Source: a virus
Lineage: Duplodnaviria > Caudoviricetes
Strand: one strand, 5' to 3'
DNA length: 37,001 nucleotides
IMG/VR virus record: IMGVR_UViG_3300012348_000089
Coordinates: 1 to 37,001 of that record
Part shown: one piece after another, positions 25,676 to 34,797 of the stretch
How positions within the stretch are numbered: the stretch's first letter is position 1
Layout of the letters: each line of letters begins with the position of its first letter
Program-made: the position numbers and the translations under genes
The notes under the pieces: generated by a model
What the model was told of the DNA's origin: nothing
Databases searched by the model: none
What the model saw: the letters and a program-made list of their open reading frames with translations, nothing else

Positions 25676-26100
25676 TTAACTGGAAACAACGCTACACCGA
25701 AGCGCATTATAAGCACACATTAGAAAGAACGCCGTCAGTCGTGAAAGATGGGCATTACTCGCCGCCAAATATGCCAAAGATAAATACCGCTAACGGATTA
25801 ACATTGTTTATCTGCAATTACATCAATTGGATGGGGTGGAGAGCAACCCGTATCAACACAATGGGCAGAAACATTGGCGGCAAATGGATTAAAGGAACTA
25901 CAAGGCGAGGTGCTTCAGACGTGTCAAGCACCGTGCTTGGCCGCTCAATTATGTGGGAAATAAAAGTAGGAAAAGACAAGCCTAGCGAACACCAATTAGC
26001 AGAACAAGCTAAAGAAAGAAAAGCGGGTGGAGAATATTATTTTGTGCATACTCCAGAGGAATTTTTCTTGCTACTAGATGAGTTTTTAAGTAGGATTTAG
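25672..26100 (+). CDS. VRR-NUC / PD-(D/E)XK nuclease (resolvase-like)
   Basis: GASDV...WEIKVGKDKPSEHQ...AGGEY. Confidence 0.75.
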   Translation: MINWKQRYTEAHYKHTLERTPSVVKDGHYSPPNMPKINTANGLTLFICNYINWMGWRATRINTMGRNIGGKWIKGTTRRGASDVSSTVLGRSIMWEIKVGKDKPSEHQLAEQAKERKAGGEYYFVHTPEEFFLLLDEFLSRI

Positions 26101-26108
26101 TATATTTG
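26101..26108 (+). promoter_or_regulatory. Bacteroidota -7 promoter element
   Basis: TATATTTG exact TAnnTTTG match upstream of the replication genes. Confidence 0.6.
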
Positions 26109-26115
26109 CTATGTC

Positions 26116-26211
26116 GGTTCGTAAATGTAATTGCAGTATATTTACGAATTTATTGTCTAACTAACACTTAGACGAAGCCCCTTCGCTGCAATCGTTGGGG
26201 CTTAATTTTTT
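26116..26211 (+). ncRNA. structured 5' leader with three hairpins and a kissing-loop pair
   Basis: Loops ATTGCAG (26130-26136) and CTGCAAT (26186-26192) are exact complements. Confidence 0.65.
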
Positions 26212-26214
26212 CCC

Positions 26215-26829
26215 ATGAATAAAAGTTACAGCAAAAAAGAACTTACAGAGTATTGCCGTTCTATGCTTTACGGCATAACTCCGATTAATTACGAATTTCT
26301 TACTAATGAATTATTCCCTATGCACCCAGAATGGGAGCAAAAGAAAGGGTGCGGAGTAAAAGATATTTTAATTATTGATACTAAGTACGGTAATAAGTGT
26401 TTTGTAATACACAGAATTGACGATACAAAGACTGATATATCTTTCACAAAATGTATAACAAATCCTAGTAAGATATTTCAAGTAAAATGCGCTTTACGTT
26501 CTGCGGTTAGACCTGAAATTGAAGCGTTTAGAGAAAAGGTTAAGTTTGGAGTAGATAGATGCATATTTACTGGAGATATTTTAGAAAGGCATAATACGCA
26601 TATAGACCATTACGATTATGAATTTAACGACTTAGCTAATGCCTTTATTATTCAAGAGGGGCTAGACAATCTTTATAAGCAGATAAAACCTAGCAAGGAC
26701 AATGTATTTGAAATAATTTTTAGTAGCTTGTTGGTTATAATGATGTTTCGTAGATTTCATAATGAAAACACAAAACTTAGAGCAATAAGCAAAAAAGCAA
26801 ACCTTTCATCTAAAATTCGCAAAGCATGA
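26215..26829 (+). CDS. DCL (DUF3223)-family protein with HNH-like C-terminus
   Basis: HPEWEQKKGCG...CFVIHRIDDTKTDISFTKC; later C..TG...HIDH. Confidence 0.65.
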   Translation: MNKSYSKKELTEYCRSMLYGITPINYEFLTNELFPMHPEWEQKKGCGVKDILIIDTKYGNKCFVIHRIDDTKTDISFTKCITNPSKIFQVKCALRSAVRPEIEAFREKVKFGVDRCIFTGDILERHNTHIDHYDYEFNDLANAFIIQEGLDNLYKQIKPSKDNVFEIIFSSLLVIMMFRRFHNENTKLRAISKKANLSSKIRKA

Positions 26830-29093
26830 ACATAACCTATTTCAAAGAACTTGTTAAGCTAGGGCTAAAGCCATTGCCTATTAAATGGGATGAAAACGGT
26901 AAGATTGCCTCAAGCCATATCATAGCCCATAGCACCATAAGCGAATCCCAATGGAACGAAACTACATTGGATCAATGGATTGATTTAATAGATAACGCCA
27001 ACGGTATAGCACTAAAGTTATTCCCCCCGTTTGGCACGATTGACTTTGATACAAAGAACGAAAACGGGACTGTATCATTTAACGACTGGTTTAATATTAT
27101 TGAAGCTACCAACCCCGATTTATTAAGAAAGGTATGCATTGAATCAACTAGAAACAAGGGTTATCACGTTTATATTAAATACCCTAAATTAAGCCATAAG
27201 ATTACTTTAGCGGCTAGTGAAGAGGGAAAAGAGGTTATAGCCGTTTATACGGGCGGGTTGTTATCTTATTGCGCCCCAACCCCAGGGTATGAGATGTTTC
27301 ATAATTCATTTGAGGACTTAGAAGAATTAACGGATAATGAATTTGATTTGCTGACAAGTACGGGCGGGTTGTTTAATAAGTACAAAGAGGAAATTAACAA
27401 TACATTCCACCCCGTTGAGTACCCGCAACAATACGAAACTACTTGTTTGCTTTTTGACAAAGAAATTACAGACGATGCTTTTGAGGAACTACTGAATCAA
27501 ATAGATTTATACGAGGTTAGAGATTTTAGGTATAGGCAAAAGCAAAAGTTTACGGCGTACTTACGCAGAACGTCATTAGCAAACTACTCGGCAAAGGTTT
27601 ACTTTAGTTCTCGTAAAGTTTTATTGTTTACAACATCAATGCCTCAATACCCTTGTTGGTCGGATAGTAAAGGCAATGGCGATAGAAGTTGGGTACTTAC
27701 CCCTAGTCGTATAATTTACTACAAAAACGGTAGAGATTGGAAAAAGACCATAGAGGAAATACAAGCGATTGCTGATAGTATAGGCATTGAAATAAACCAA
27801 CAACCAATTGAGCAACAGCCTATAAGTAAAGATAGGATGCAGTTCCCTTACGATGTATTCCCGCAACCGATACAAGATTACATAAAAAGCCATAGAATAC
27901 AGAACGAATACATAGCGGGTTTTATGTTATCGCAGTTAAGCACCGCAATAGGGAATACTTGTTATTTAGAGGCACTGCAAGGGTATAGATTAAGAACTAA
28001 TCTTTACATAGCGATTGTTGCTCACGCTGGGGGTGGTAAAAGCCCCGCAATGGGTATTGGGTACGGACACCTTAAAAAGATAGATGACGAGAATTATAGA
28101 GCCTACAAGGCACGTTTAGCGGCATACAATGAAGAAGTAGCAACAATGGATAAGAAAGACAAGCATAAGCCGATAAAGCCTATTCTCCAACAAATGGTTA
28201 TTGACGATGCTACTATTGAAACCGTTATTAATGTATTACAATACAATCCTAAAGGATGCTGCTTAGTTGCGGATGAATTAGCGGGGTTTATCAAACGTAT
28301 GAGCCAATATAAAGACGGAGATGATGCCCAAAAATGGCTTCAAATGTGGTCAAGTGAAACGGTATTTCAGCAGCGGGTAACGGTAGAAGAACGTAAGATT
28401 ATAGATTACACGATGGGTATTGTTGGCGGAATACAACCAGGGATAATGGAAATACTATCTAAGAATGAAAACCAATACAACGGGTTTTACCATAGGTTTC
28501 TATTTGTATTCCCTGAAAGTGAACCAAAGCCGTCCTTTGATTTAATTAGCTGCCCCGATTACATTAAAGACCAAGTTGATGAAATACTAAACAAACTGTT
28601 AATATTTAGAGAAAATGACAGAAAAGACAAATACATACTTTCTAGCGATGCTTTAGCCTTGTATAAGTCATGGCACGATTACAAGAATCTTTACTACAAC
28701 CGTACACAAGACGAGAACGCAAAGGGGATTATAGCAAAGTATCAAGCCTACTGCTTACGATTTGCACTTATTATTCAATGCTGCGATGATTTAGACAAAC
28801 GTACTGGAGTAGTTGAACAATCGGCTGTTGAACGTGCCATTAGATTAACGGAGTATTTCTTAGGAAATATGCTAAAGTCGTTAAAAATACTTAGCCCAGA
28901 AACGCCATTGGATAATTTAAAGAAGCCTTACGATAGTATTTATAAAGATTTGCCTGATGCTTTTAGCACAAAGACGGCTATTGAAGTAGGGGCGAAATAC
29001 AATATAAAGACATCAACGATTAAAATGTGGTTGCAAAATAATCGGCAACTGTTTCAAAAAATAGAACATGGATCATATCAAAAGCTGCTTTAA
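26826..29093 (+). CDS. primase-polymerase fused to a DUF3987 P-loop helicase-like domain
   Basis: IDFD and STRNKGYHVY prim-pol motifs; Walker A AHAGGGKS; DATIE, DEL, GGIQP and RFLF. Confidence 0.85.
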   Translation: MNITYFKELVKLGLKPLPIKWDENGKIASSHIIAHSTISESQWNETTLDQWIDLIDNANGIALKLFPPFGTIDFDTKNENGTVSFNDWFNIIEATNPDLLRKVCIESTRNKGYHVYIKYPKLSHKITLAASEEGKEVIAVYTGGLLSYCAPTPGYEMFHNSFEDLEELTDNEFDLLTSTGGLFNKYKEEINNTFHPVEYPQQYETTCLLFDKEITDDAFEELLNQIDLYEVRDFRYRQKQKFTAYLRRTSLANYSAKVYFSSRKVLLFTTSMPQYPCWSDSKGNGDRSWVLTPSRIIYYKNGRDWKKTIEEIQAIADSIGIEINQQPIEQQPISKDRMQFPYDVFPQPIQDYIKSHRIQNEYIAGFMLSQLSTAIGNTCYLEALQGYRLRTNLYIAIVAHAGGGKSPAMGIGYGHLKKIDDENYRAYKARLAAYNEEVATMDKKDKHKPIKPILQQMVIDDATIETVINVLQYNPKGCCLVADELAGFIKRMSQYKDGDDAQKWLQMWSSETVFQQRVTVEERKIIDYTMGIVGGIQPGIMEILSKNENQYNGFYHRFLFVFPESEPKPSFDLISCPDYIKDQVDEILNKLLIFRENDRKDKYILSSDALALYKSWHDYKNLYYNRTQDENAKGIIAKYQAYCLRFALIIQCCDDLDKRTGVVEQSAVERAIRLTEYFLGNMLKSLKILSPETPLDNLKKPYDSIYKDLPDAFSTKTAIEVGAKYNIKTSTIKMWLQNNRQLFQKIEHGSYQKLL

Positions 29094-29108
29094 TTAGCGG
29101 CTTTTTTT
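29082..29108 (+). terminator. intrinsic terminator
   Basis: AAGCTGCT-loop-AGCGGCTT followed by a T run. Confidence 0.65.
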
Positions 29109-29116
29109 ATGCCTAA

Positions 29117-29499
29117 TAAAAGTCAAATCAAAAGTCAAAAGTCAAAAAAAAAGTTGACTTTCTACGATGTAGATAAATATTTATAATATGTTATGGTCAA
29201 AAATAGTCAAAAGTCAAAAAATAGTCAATATTGAAATTGACTTTTTTTCTATAGTAAACTATTTGCAAATCAATAAGTTACGTTTAGAAAAAGCCGAAAG
29301 TCAAAAAGTCAAGCCACTTTTACAAATAGTCAAAAAGTCAAGAAAAACATAAGATATTAAAAAACATTATTATTATATAAATATTATATATATTATTACA
29401 TATTTATACTTTGGTAGAAAATTAATTGACTTTTGACTTTGGCATATTTCAACCCCTTTTGCCACTTTACCAAAAATTGCGTAACACTAGGTCAAATAG
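29117..29499. repeat. iteron array, putative replication origin
   Basis: About 12 forward (A)GTCAA and 4 inverted TTGAC(T) copies around an almost pure AT tract at 29345-29410. Confidence 0.75.
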
Positions 29500-29524
29500 A
29501 AACGTTAAATTTTTCATAAAGTAC

Positions 29525-29554
29525 TTGCGACTAAAAAATTAGTTGTAAATTAGC
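29525..29554 (+). promoter_or_regulatory. putative host-type promoter for the sigma gene
   Basis: TTGCGA-N15-TAAATTAGC. Confidence 0.5.
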
Positions 29555-29558
29555 AAAC

Positions 29559-30101
29559 GTGAACGTACACGCAATAATAAATTCTTACTATACCGCAACA
29601 TGGCTAACGGATGCTTTGTCAAAGATGCACCCCGAAGATTTGAGAGAAGATTTAAAGCAAGAAGTTTTTTTAGTAGTATTAGAAAAAGGACAAGATTGGA
29701 TTATTGAAGCTCATGGAAAAGGTTTTTTAAAATGGTTTATCGTTCGCGTTATGTTAAACCTTATCAAATCTGACAGTTCAAAGTTCTGGTATATGTTTAG
29801 AAACTTTGTACCGACTGATGGGCATGAAAAACTATTTAGTGGCTTTTTTGATCCTGATGAAGAACAACCACCAGAACCGCCTGAGTTAAACCTTGATGAA
29901 GTATTTGGAACGACTAGGGAGGGGCTTTACGAAAGAGATATGCTTTATCACTACGTTTTTACCTTTAACTCAAATGCCCTTAAACTTTCACAAGCTACAC
30001 AGATACCATACAAAACAGTTACACGAACACTACAAATAGCAAAAGAACGATGCAAGAACTACTTAATGCAGCAGCAGCAGTCACAACCGCAATCTACCTG
30101 A
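29559..30101 (+). CDS. phage RNA polymerase sigma factor (ECF/sigma70-like)
   Basis: Region 2-like EDLKQEVFL...KWFIVRVMLN; region 4-like LKLSQATQIPYKTVTRTLQIAK. Confidence 0.75.
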   Translation: MNVHAIINSYYTATWLTDALSKMHPEDLREDLKQEVFLVVLEKGQDWIIEAHGKGFLKWFIVRVMLNLIKSDSSKFWYMFRNFVPTDGHEKLFSGFFDPDEEQPPEPPELNLDEVFGTTREGLYERDMLYHYVFTFNSNALKLSQATQIPYKTVTRTLQIAKERCKNYLMQQQQSQPQST

Positions 30102-30292
30102 TTGTATTTGCAAATTGGCACAATATGCTTAGAATCAATTTTAAGCCATTTAATTGCGCTTTATGCCTTTCAGTGTGGGTTTATATTCTTTTTTCTTTTT
30201 TGCCTCCATATGTGTCTTTAAATGCATTCTACGCATGTTTAGCAGGTTGTAGTGCAGCAATCATACAAAAATTACTAAGCAAATGGCAATAA
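30050..30292 (+). CDS. membrane protein with a CxxC motif
   Basis: KPFNCALCLSVW plus TM segments. Confidence 0.65.
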   Translation: MQELLNAAAAVTTAIYLIVFANWHNMLRINFKPFNCALCLSVWVYILFSFLPPYVSLNAFYACLAGCSAAIIQKLLSKWQ

Positions 30293-30537
30293 CCGAACAA
30301 GATAGACAAGTGCTTCAAGCCAATGAGGGTCATATGTTAACTGCTAAAGATGGATGGGTGCAGCAGGTTTATGATTTAACTAAGCTGCATGAAATTTATG
30401 AGCGCAATGTTGCTCACTACCCATTAACAACATGGTGTCCGTCTTGTGTAATTAAGTTTATGCAAAGGTTGGGTAGTTGGTGGGATGGGGTGAAGTTAGC
30501 AGAACAATCACAAACAAAACAGAAACGCCGCAAATGA
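30283..30537 (+). CDS. small CxxC protein
   Basis: TWCPSCV motif. Confidence 0.65.
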   Translation: MAITEQDRQVLQANEGHMLTAKDGWVQQVYDLTKLHEIYERNVAHYPLTTWCPSCVIKFMQRLGSWWDGVKLAEQSQTKQKRRK

Positions 30538-31553
30538 ATATACTAGCATTATCGTCAACAACCTCAGGTGTAGGGTATCACCGTATTATAATGCCGCTTA
30601 CCTACATGATGCAGGATAAGCCAAATGATTCTGTATTAATTACTAATATCATTGACGAAGAAACACTAAGCCGTAAACATTGGGACGTGGTTGTAATGAA
30701 TCGGAGTGTATCGTTTCCTGCAGAACGAATGGTTAAGCTGCGTGAGAAGTACGGTTTTAAATTAATAGTTGATAACGATGACCATTGGGTTTTAGATCCG
30801 CATCATAATCTTGCAGACCATTACGCCGAAAGCAAAATAGCCGAACAAATTATAAGCTACATTGAAATAGCTGACATTTGCACGGTAACGCACGAAAGAC
30901 TAGCAGCTGAGGTTTACAAGCATAACAAGAATGTTTATATTTTACCGAATGGTTTGCCTTATGGCGACGGTCAATTCTCGGCGCATAAGCAACCAAGTGA
31001 AAGAGTAAGATTGTTTTGGTCTGGTAGTGATACTCACGCTCAAGATATATCAATACTTAGAAACCCAATGAACCGAGTTTGGTCGGACTTTGATTTGAGG
31101 TGCAAGGTTAAAACGGTTATGGCGGGGTATAGTGAACGTTCAAAACCAGTTTGGGACGTAATGGCATCTGCTTTTACTCAAGCATTAAGGTTTGAGTCAA
31201 CCATTTACCAAATGTCAATGCCTGACAGATACATGGCAGCTTATTGTGATTCGGATATATCTGTTATACCTTTGCTCAATACTAGGTTTAACTCAATGAA
31301 GTCTAACCTGAAAGTATTAGAGGCCGCAACTAAACGTAATCCAGTCGTGGTTAGTATGGTTGACCCATATTTAGATATGCCCGTTTGTTATGTACGTACA
31401 CAGCAGTATTGGTACAGATGGGTAAAGGAACTGGTAAACGATGCGGCAATGCGTGAAGAAAAAGGCAATGAGTTGTATGAGTTCTGCAATAAGCATTTTA
31501 ACATAAACACAATAAACCAAAGAAGATATGAAATCTATAAAGGGTGTATGTAA
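30534..31553 (+). CDS. GT-B glycosyltransferase
   Basis: Start at ATG 30534 (ATGA overlap); GVGYHRI, DNDD, WSGSDTH, PL...FN.MKSNLKVLEA. Confidence 0.8.
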   Translation: MNILALSSTTSGVGYHRIIMPLTYMMQDKPNDSVLITNIIDEETLSRKHWDVVVMNRSVSFPAERMVKLREKYGFKLIVDNDDHWVLDPHHNLADHYAESKIAEQIISYIEIADICTVTHERLAAEVYKHNKNVYILPNGLPYGDGQFSAHKQPSERVRLFWSGSDTHAQDISILRNPMNRVWSDFDLRCKVKTVMAGYSERSKPVWDVMASAFTQALRFESTIYQMSMPDRYMAAYCDSDISVIPLLNTRFNSMKSNLKVLEAATKRNPVVVSMVDPYLDMPVCYVRTQQYWYRWVKELVNDAAMREEKGNELYEFCNKHFNINTINQRRYEIYKGCM

Positions 31554-32124
31554 TGGTATTACAGACAGTAATAAATTTGTAACAAGCGTAGATAGAGAAT
31601 TTTGGATTAAACAAAACGAAACAAAATATACAGTAGGCGCTAACACGTTTATTCATCCAACGGCTATCATAGCAGATAATGTAGTGATTGGGGATAATTG
31701 CTATATCGGCCCATATTGTTTAATTGGCGAACCTGCGGAGTGGAAAGGGAGGGAACATGAGAGTAAAGGGGTAATAATTGGGAATAATGTTAGAATAACG
31801 GGGCATGTTACTATTGATAGTGGAGTTGATAAGCCTACTGTTATACATGATTGGTGTTATATTATGAAAGGGGTTCATATTGGACATGATTCAATTATTA
31901 GAAAGAATGTAACATTATCATGTCACGCTTTGATTGGAGGTCATAGTATTATTAATCATGATGTTAATATTGGACTAGGAGCAATACTTCATCAAAAAAT
32001 TATAGTTCCTTATGGCTGCATGATCGGAATGGGAACAGTAGTTACTAAAAAAACCGAAATGCAACCTAATTCAAAATACGTTGGTAATCCTGCGAGATAC
32101 CTTGCACCAAACATTAAACCATGA
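31528..32124 (+). CDS. hexapeptide-repeat (LpxA-like) acyltransferase
   Basis: IHPTAII, IGDNCYIGPYCLIG, HIGHD, GNPAR. Confidence 0.85.
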   Translation: MKSIKGVCNGITDSNKFVTSVDREFWIKQNETKYTVGANTFIHPTAIIADNVVIGDNCYIGPYCLIGEPAEWKGREHESKGVIIGNNVRITGHVTIDSGVDKPTVIHDWCYIMKGVHIGHDSIIRKNVTLSCHALIGGHSIINHDVNIGLGAILHQKIIVPYGCMIGMGTVVTKKTEMQPNSKYVGNPARYLAPNIKP

Positions 32125-32327
32125 CAAAGGAAACAGAAACTTTGCTTGACAATATGATTATAAAAGCAAATAAAAATATGTTAAAACCTGCTGCTTTTTA
32201 TATGCACCATAATACTAAAGAGGATAAAAAGATACCAGACTCTTTCAAAGGTGTTGATGTATTTGTAAGTGGCTTAATGCCTATTGATTCAATTTACTTA
32301 ACAGAACAAACTTGTTTATGGGAGTAA
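32121..32327 (+). CDS. hypothetical protein
   Basis: 68 aa, ATGA-coupled to the upstream gene. Confidence 0.55.
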   Translation: MTKETETLLDNMIIKANKNMLKPAAFYMHHNTKEDKKIPDSFKGVDVFVSGLMPIDSIYLTEQTCLWE

Positions 32328-32941
32328 CAATCATTCTTTTAGACTACTTACGTCACGAACACACCCAAAGAGTTAAAGATGTTAATCTTAACAACGCAGG
32401 TCATCCGTTTGAACTTGTCACGGTAGACAAACAAGGAATTTCAGCAGCCATTAACGAGGGTATTGCTCAAGCATGTGGTGATGTGGTTACAATGGCAAAC
32501 GATATACTAATGCCAGATAATTGGTTGTTTAACTTTGTTCGCTACCGTTCACAGATACCTAATTCAGCTATGATAGGTATTCATACAGTTGAGGGGCTAC
32601 CAGCACCAAGTGAAGTTAATGGTTTAAAGATATGGCCGTGCTGCCCATTCGGCAATGTGCTAATAACACGTGAGGCTATAGATAAAATAGGTTACTTTAA
32701 TCTTGACCTTGATCCGTACAGCGTGAACGATAGAGATTATTGGCTAAGATGCGAACTTGCAGGAATGTTAAGTTACTACATTCCAGGTACAGCCGAACAT
32801 ATAGGGCATGACGTAGGAGAAAAAACAGACTACCGATTAATGAAAGATAAAAGCCTAAATGAGAAGTGGCGTAAGGGGGAGCAATGGTTTGAATACTATA
32901 AAAATACTGGCAATATCTATTTAGGATATAAACAAGATTAG
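32312..32941 (+). CDS. GT-A (family 2-like) glycosyltransferase
   Basis: GISAAINEGI, ANDILMPDNWL, KIGYF, DRDYWLR. Confidence 0.75.
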   Translation: MFMGVTIILLDYLRHEHTQRVKDVNLNNAGHPFELVTVDKQGISAAINEGIAQACGDVVTMANDILMPDNWLFNFVRYRSQIPNSAMIGIHTVEGLPAPSEVNGLKIWPCCPFGNVLITREAIDKIGYFNLDLDPYSVNDRDYWLRCELAGMLSYYIPGTAEHIGHDVGEKTDYRLMKDKSLNEKWRKGEQWFEYYKNTGNIYLGYKQD

Positions 32942-32944
32942 ATT

Positions 32945-33457
32945 ATGAGAAGAAAGTTAGAACCGCCAAAGGGCGTACCAACTAAAGGAATAGGTTTAAA
33001 AGGAGAAGATAAACCTAATACTTCGCCAACCAAGCAGCATTATGTTGGCGTTAATCAGTTAATTGATTTGTTCTATGAATATTGCGAAGATGTTAAAGCA
33101 AACCCGATACTTGAGGAAGACTATGTAGGCGGGGCAGGAATAAAGGTTGAAAAGAAAAAACAAAGACCATACACCAAACAAGGCTTTTTCGTGTTTGTAA
33201 AGCATAGAACGGGGTTTAATGTATCTCACTATTTTAAGCCATCGCAGCAAAATGATTACTCAGCCTACAAAGATGTTATTGAAGAAATTGAGCTAACCAT
33301 TGCAGACAATCAAATTAGCGGTGGAATGGTTGGAATATTTAACGCACGTATGTCATCACTTATGCAAGGGTTAGTTGAAAAGACTGAAAACAAGAACGAT
33401 AATAAAATTACCGTAACAGTAGAATATGCCGACAGAAGTAAAGGTAGTATTGAATAA
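32945..33457 (+). CDS. terS: terminase small subunit
   Basis: RPYTKQGF...QISGGMVGIFNA motif (P22 gp3-like); overlaps the TerL start. Confidence 0.75.
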   Translation: MRRKLEPPKGVPTKGIGLKGEDKPNTSPTKQHYVGVNQLIDLFYEYCEDVKANPILEEDYVGGAGIKVEKKKQRPYTKQGFFVFVKHRTGFNVSHYFKPSQQNDYSAYKDVIEEIELTIADNQISGGMVGIFNARMSSLMQGLVEKTENKNDNKITVTVEYADRSKGSIE

Positions 33458-34604
33458 ACCACACGCAGGGCAGCAAAAGGTACTAGATGAAGCGCAACGC
33501 TTTAACGTGCTTTGTTGCGGTAGGCGTTTCGGTAAGTCTGCATTAGCGGTAAACCTATTAAGCGAAACAGCTTTAGACGGGTTTCCTGCGGGGTACTTTG
33601 CCCCTACGTATAAACTTTTAGACGGCACGTATAACGAATGTTTACACGCTTTAGAGCCTATTGTTAAACGTAAAAACGAGCATCAGTTTATTGAACTATT
33701 GAACGGAGGTCGCATTGAGTTTTGGTCGCTTGAGAATGAGTTGGCAGGTCGTTCACGAAAGTATAAACGTACCATTTTAGACGAGGTTGCTTTTGCAAAG
33801 TCATTGTACAAACTTTGGACTGAATCAATACGTGCAACCTTATCAGATATGAAAGGTGACGCTTGGTTTATGTCAACACCAAAAGGTAAAAATGATTTTC
33901 ATAAGCTATTTATGCGAGGCGTTATGGAACACCCTAATTGGCAGTCATGGCAAATGTCAACCTACACTAACCCGTTTATTGACCCTAGCGAGATTGATGA
34001 TGCAAAAGCAGATTTGCCTGAGTTGGCTTTCTCTCAGGAGTACATGGCTGAGTTTAACGATAATGTGGCTAATCCATTTGGTACGGCTTACATCGCTCAA
34101 TGTACATTCCCGATGTCAACGCTACCCGCCGTATGTTACGGGGTTGACCTTGCTAAGTCTTTTGATTTTAGTGTTATTGTTGGCTTAGATAAGCATGGCA
34201 GCGTATGTTATTTAGACCGTTGGCAGTCGGATTGGAGAACGACAAAGGAAAAGATATTAAGGTTGCCACAAGCAGCTATTGCAATAGATAGTACTGGTGT
34301 TGGTGACCCGATAGGCGAAGATTTGCAAAGGGTAAGGGGTAATATTGAGGCGTTTAAGTTTACGGCTGCATCAAAGCAGCAACTAATGGAAGGGTTGGCG
34401 GTTGCAATCCAAAGCAGAATTATAACATTTCCTGAGGGAGTTATTACCGAAGAATTAAATAACTTTGAGTATATTTACACGAGAACGGGGGTAAGATACT
34501 CAGCACCTACTGGCTTACACGATGACGTTGTGTGTGCTTTAGCTTTGGCATGGAAGAAGTATCAAGAAGTTGGTAAAGGTGCGGGGCAGTATTCATTCGC
34601 TTAA
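33426..34604 (+). CDS. terL: terminase large subunit
   Basis: CGRRFGKS Walker A, ILDEVA Walker B, STPKG, GVDLA and HDDVV nuclease motifs. Confidence 0.93.
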   Translation: MPTEVKVVLNKPHAGQQKVLDEAQRFNVLCCGRRFGKSALAVNLLSETALDGFPAGYFAPTYKLLDGTYNECLHALEPIVKRKNEHQFIELLNGGRIEFWSLENELAGRSRKYKRTILDEVAFAKSLYKLWTESIRATLSDMKGDAWFMSTPKGKNDFHKLFMRGVMEHPNWQSWQMSTYTNPFIDPSEIDDAKADLPELAFSQEYMAEFNDNVANPFGTAYIAQCTFPMSTLPAVCYGVDLAKSFDFSVIVGLDKHGSVCYLDRWQSDWRTTKEKILRLPQAAIAIDSTGVGDPIGEDLQRVRGNIEAFKFTAASKQQLMEGLAVAIQSRIITFPEGVITEELNNFEYIYTRTGVRYSAPTGLHDDVVCALALAWKKYQEVGKGAGQYSFA

Positions 34605-34614
34605 AAAATAACAC

Positions 34615-34779
34615 ATGAGAAATATTTTAACAAAAGTGTTAGTTTTTTTAAAAAATATCACAACTACTAAGTGCCAAAAGTGCATAATAGGTAGAGTTTC
34701 ACATAACCATTCTGAAATACATAAACGCATATGGGTTGAAGTTTATAAGTGCGATAAATGCCATACAGAATTTATATAA
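34615..34779 (+). CDS. small zinc-ribbon protein (54 aa)
   Basis: KCQKC...YKCDKC. Confidence 0.55.
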   Translation: MRNILTKVLVFLKNITTTKCQKCIIGRVSHNHSEIHKRIWVEVYKCDKCHTEFI

Positions 34780-34797
34780 AAATAAAAACATTACCCC

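Noticed and set aside
29117-29499. CRISPR array
   Set aside because: Repeats are 5-9 bp, irregularly spaced and in both orientations; no spacers or cas genes
32917-32923. CTATTTA upstream of terS as a fifth late promoter
   Set aside because: No T(T/A)GACC at 16-17 nt spacing, and it lies 21 nt rather than 4 nt from the ATG
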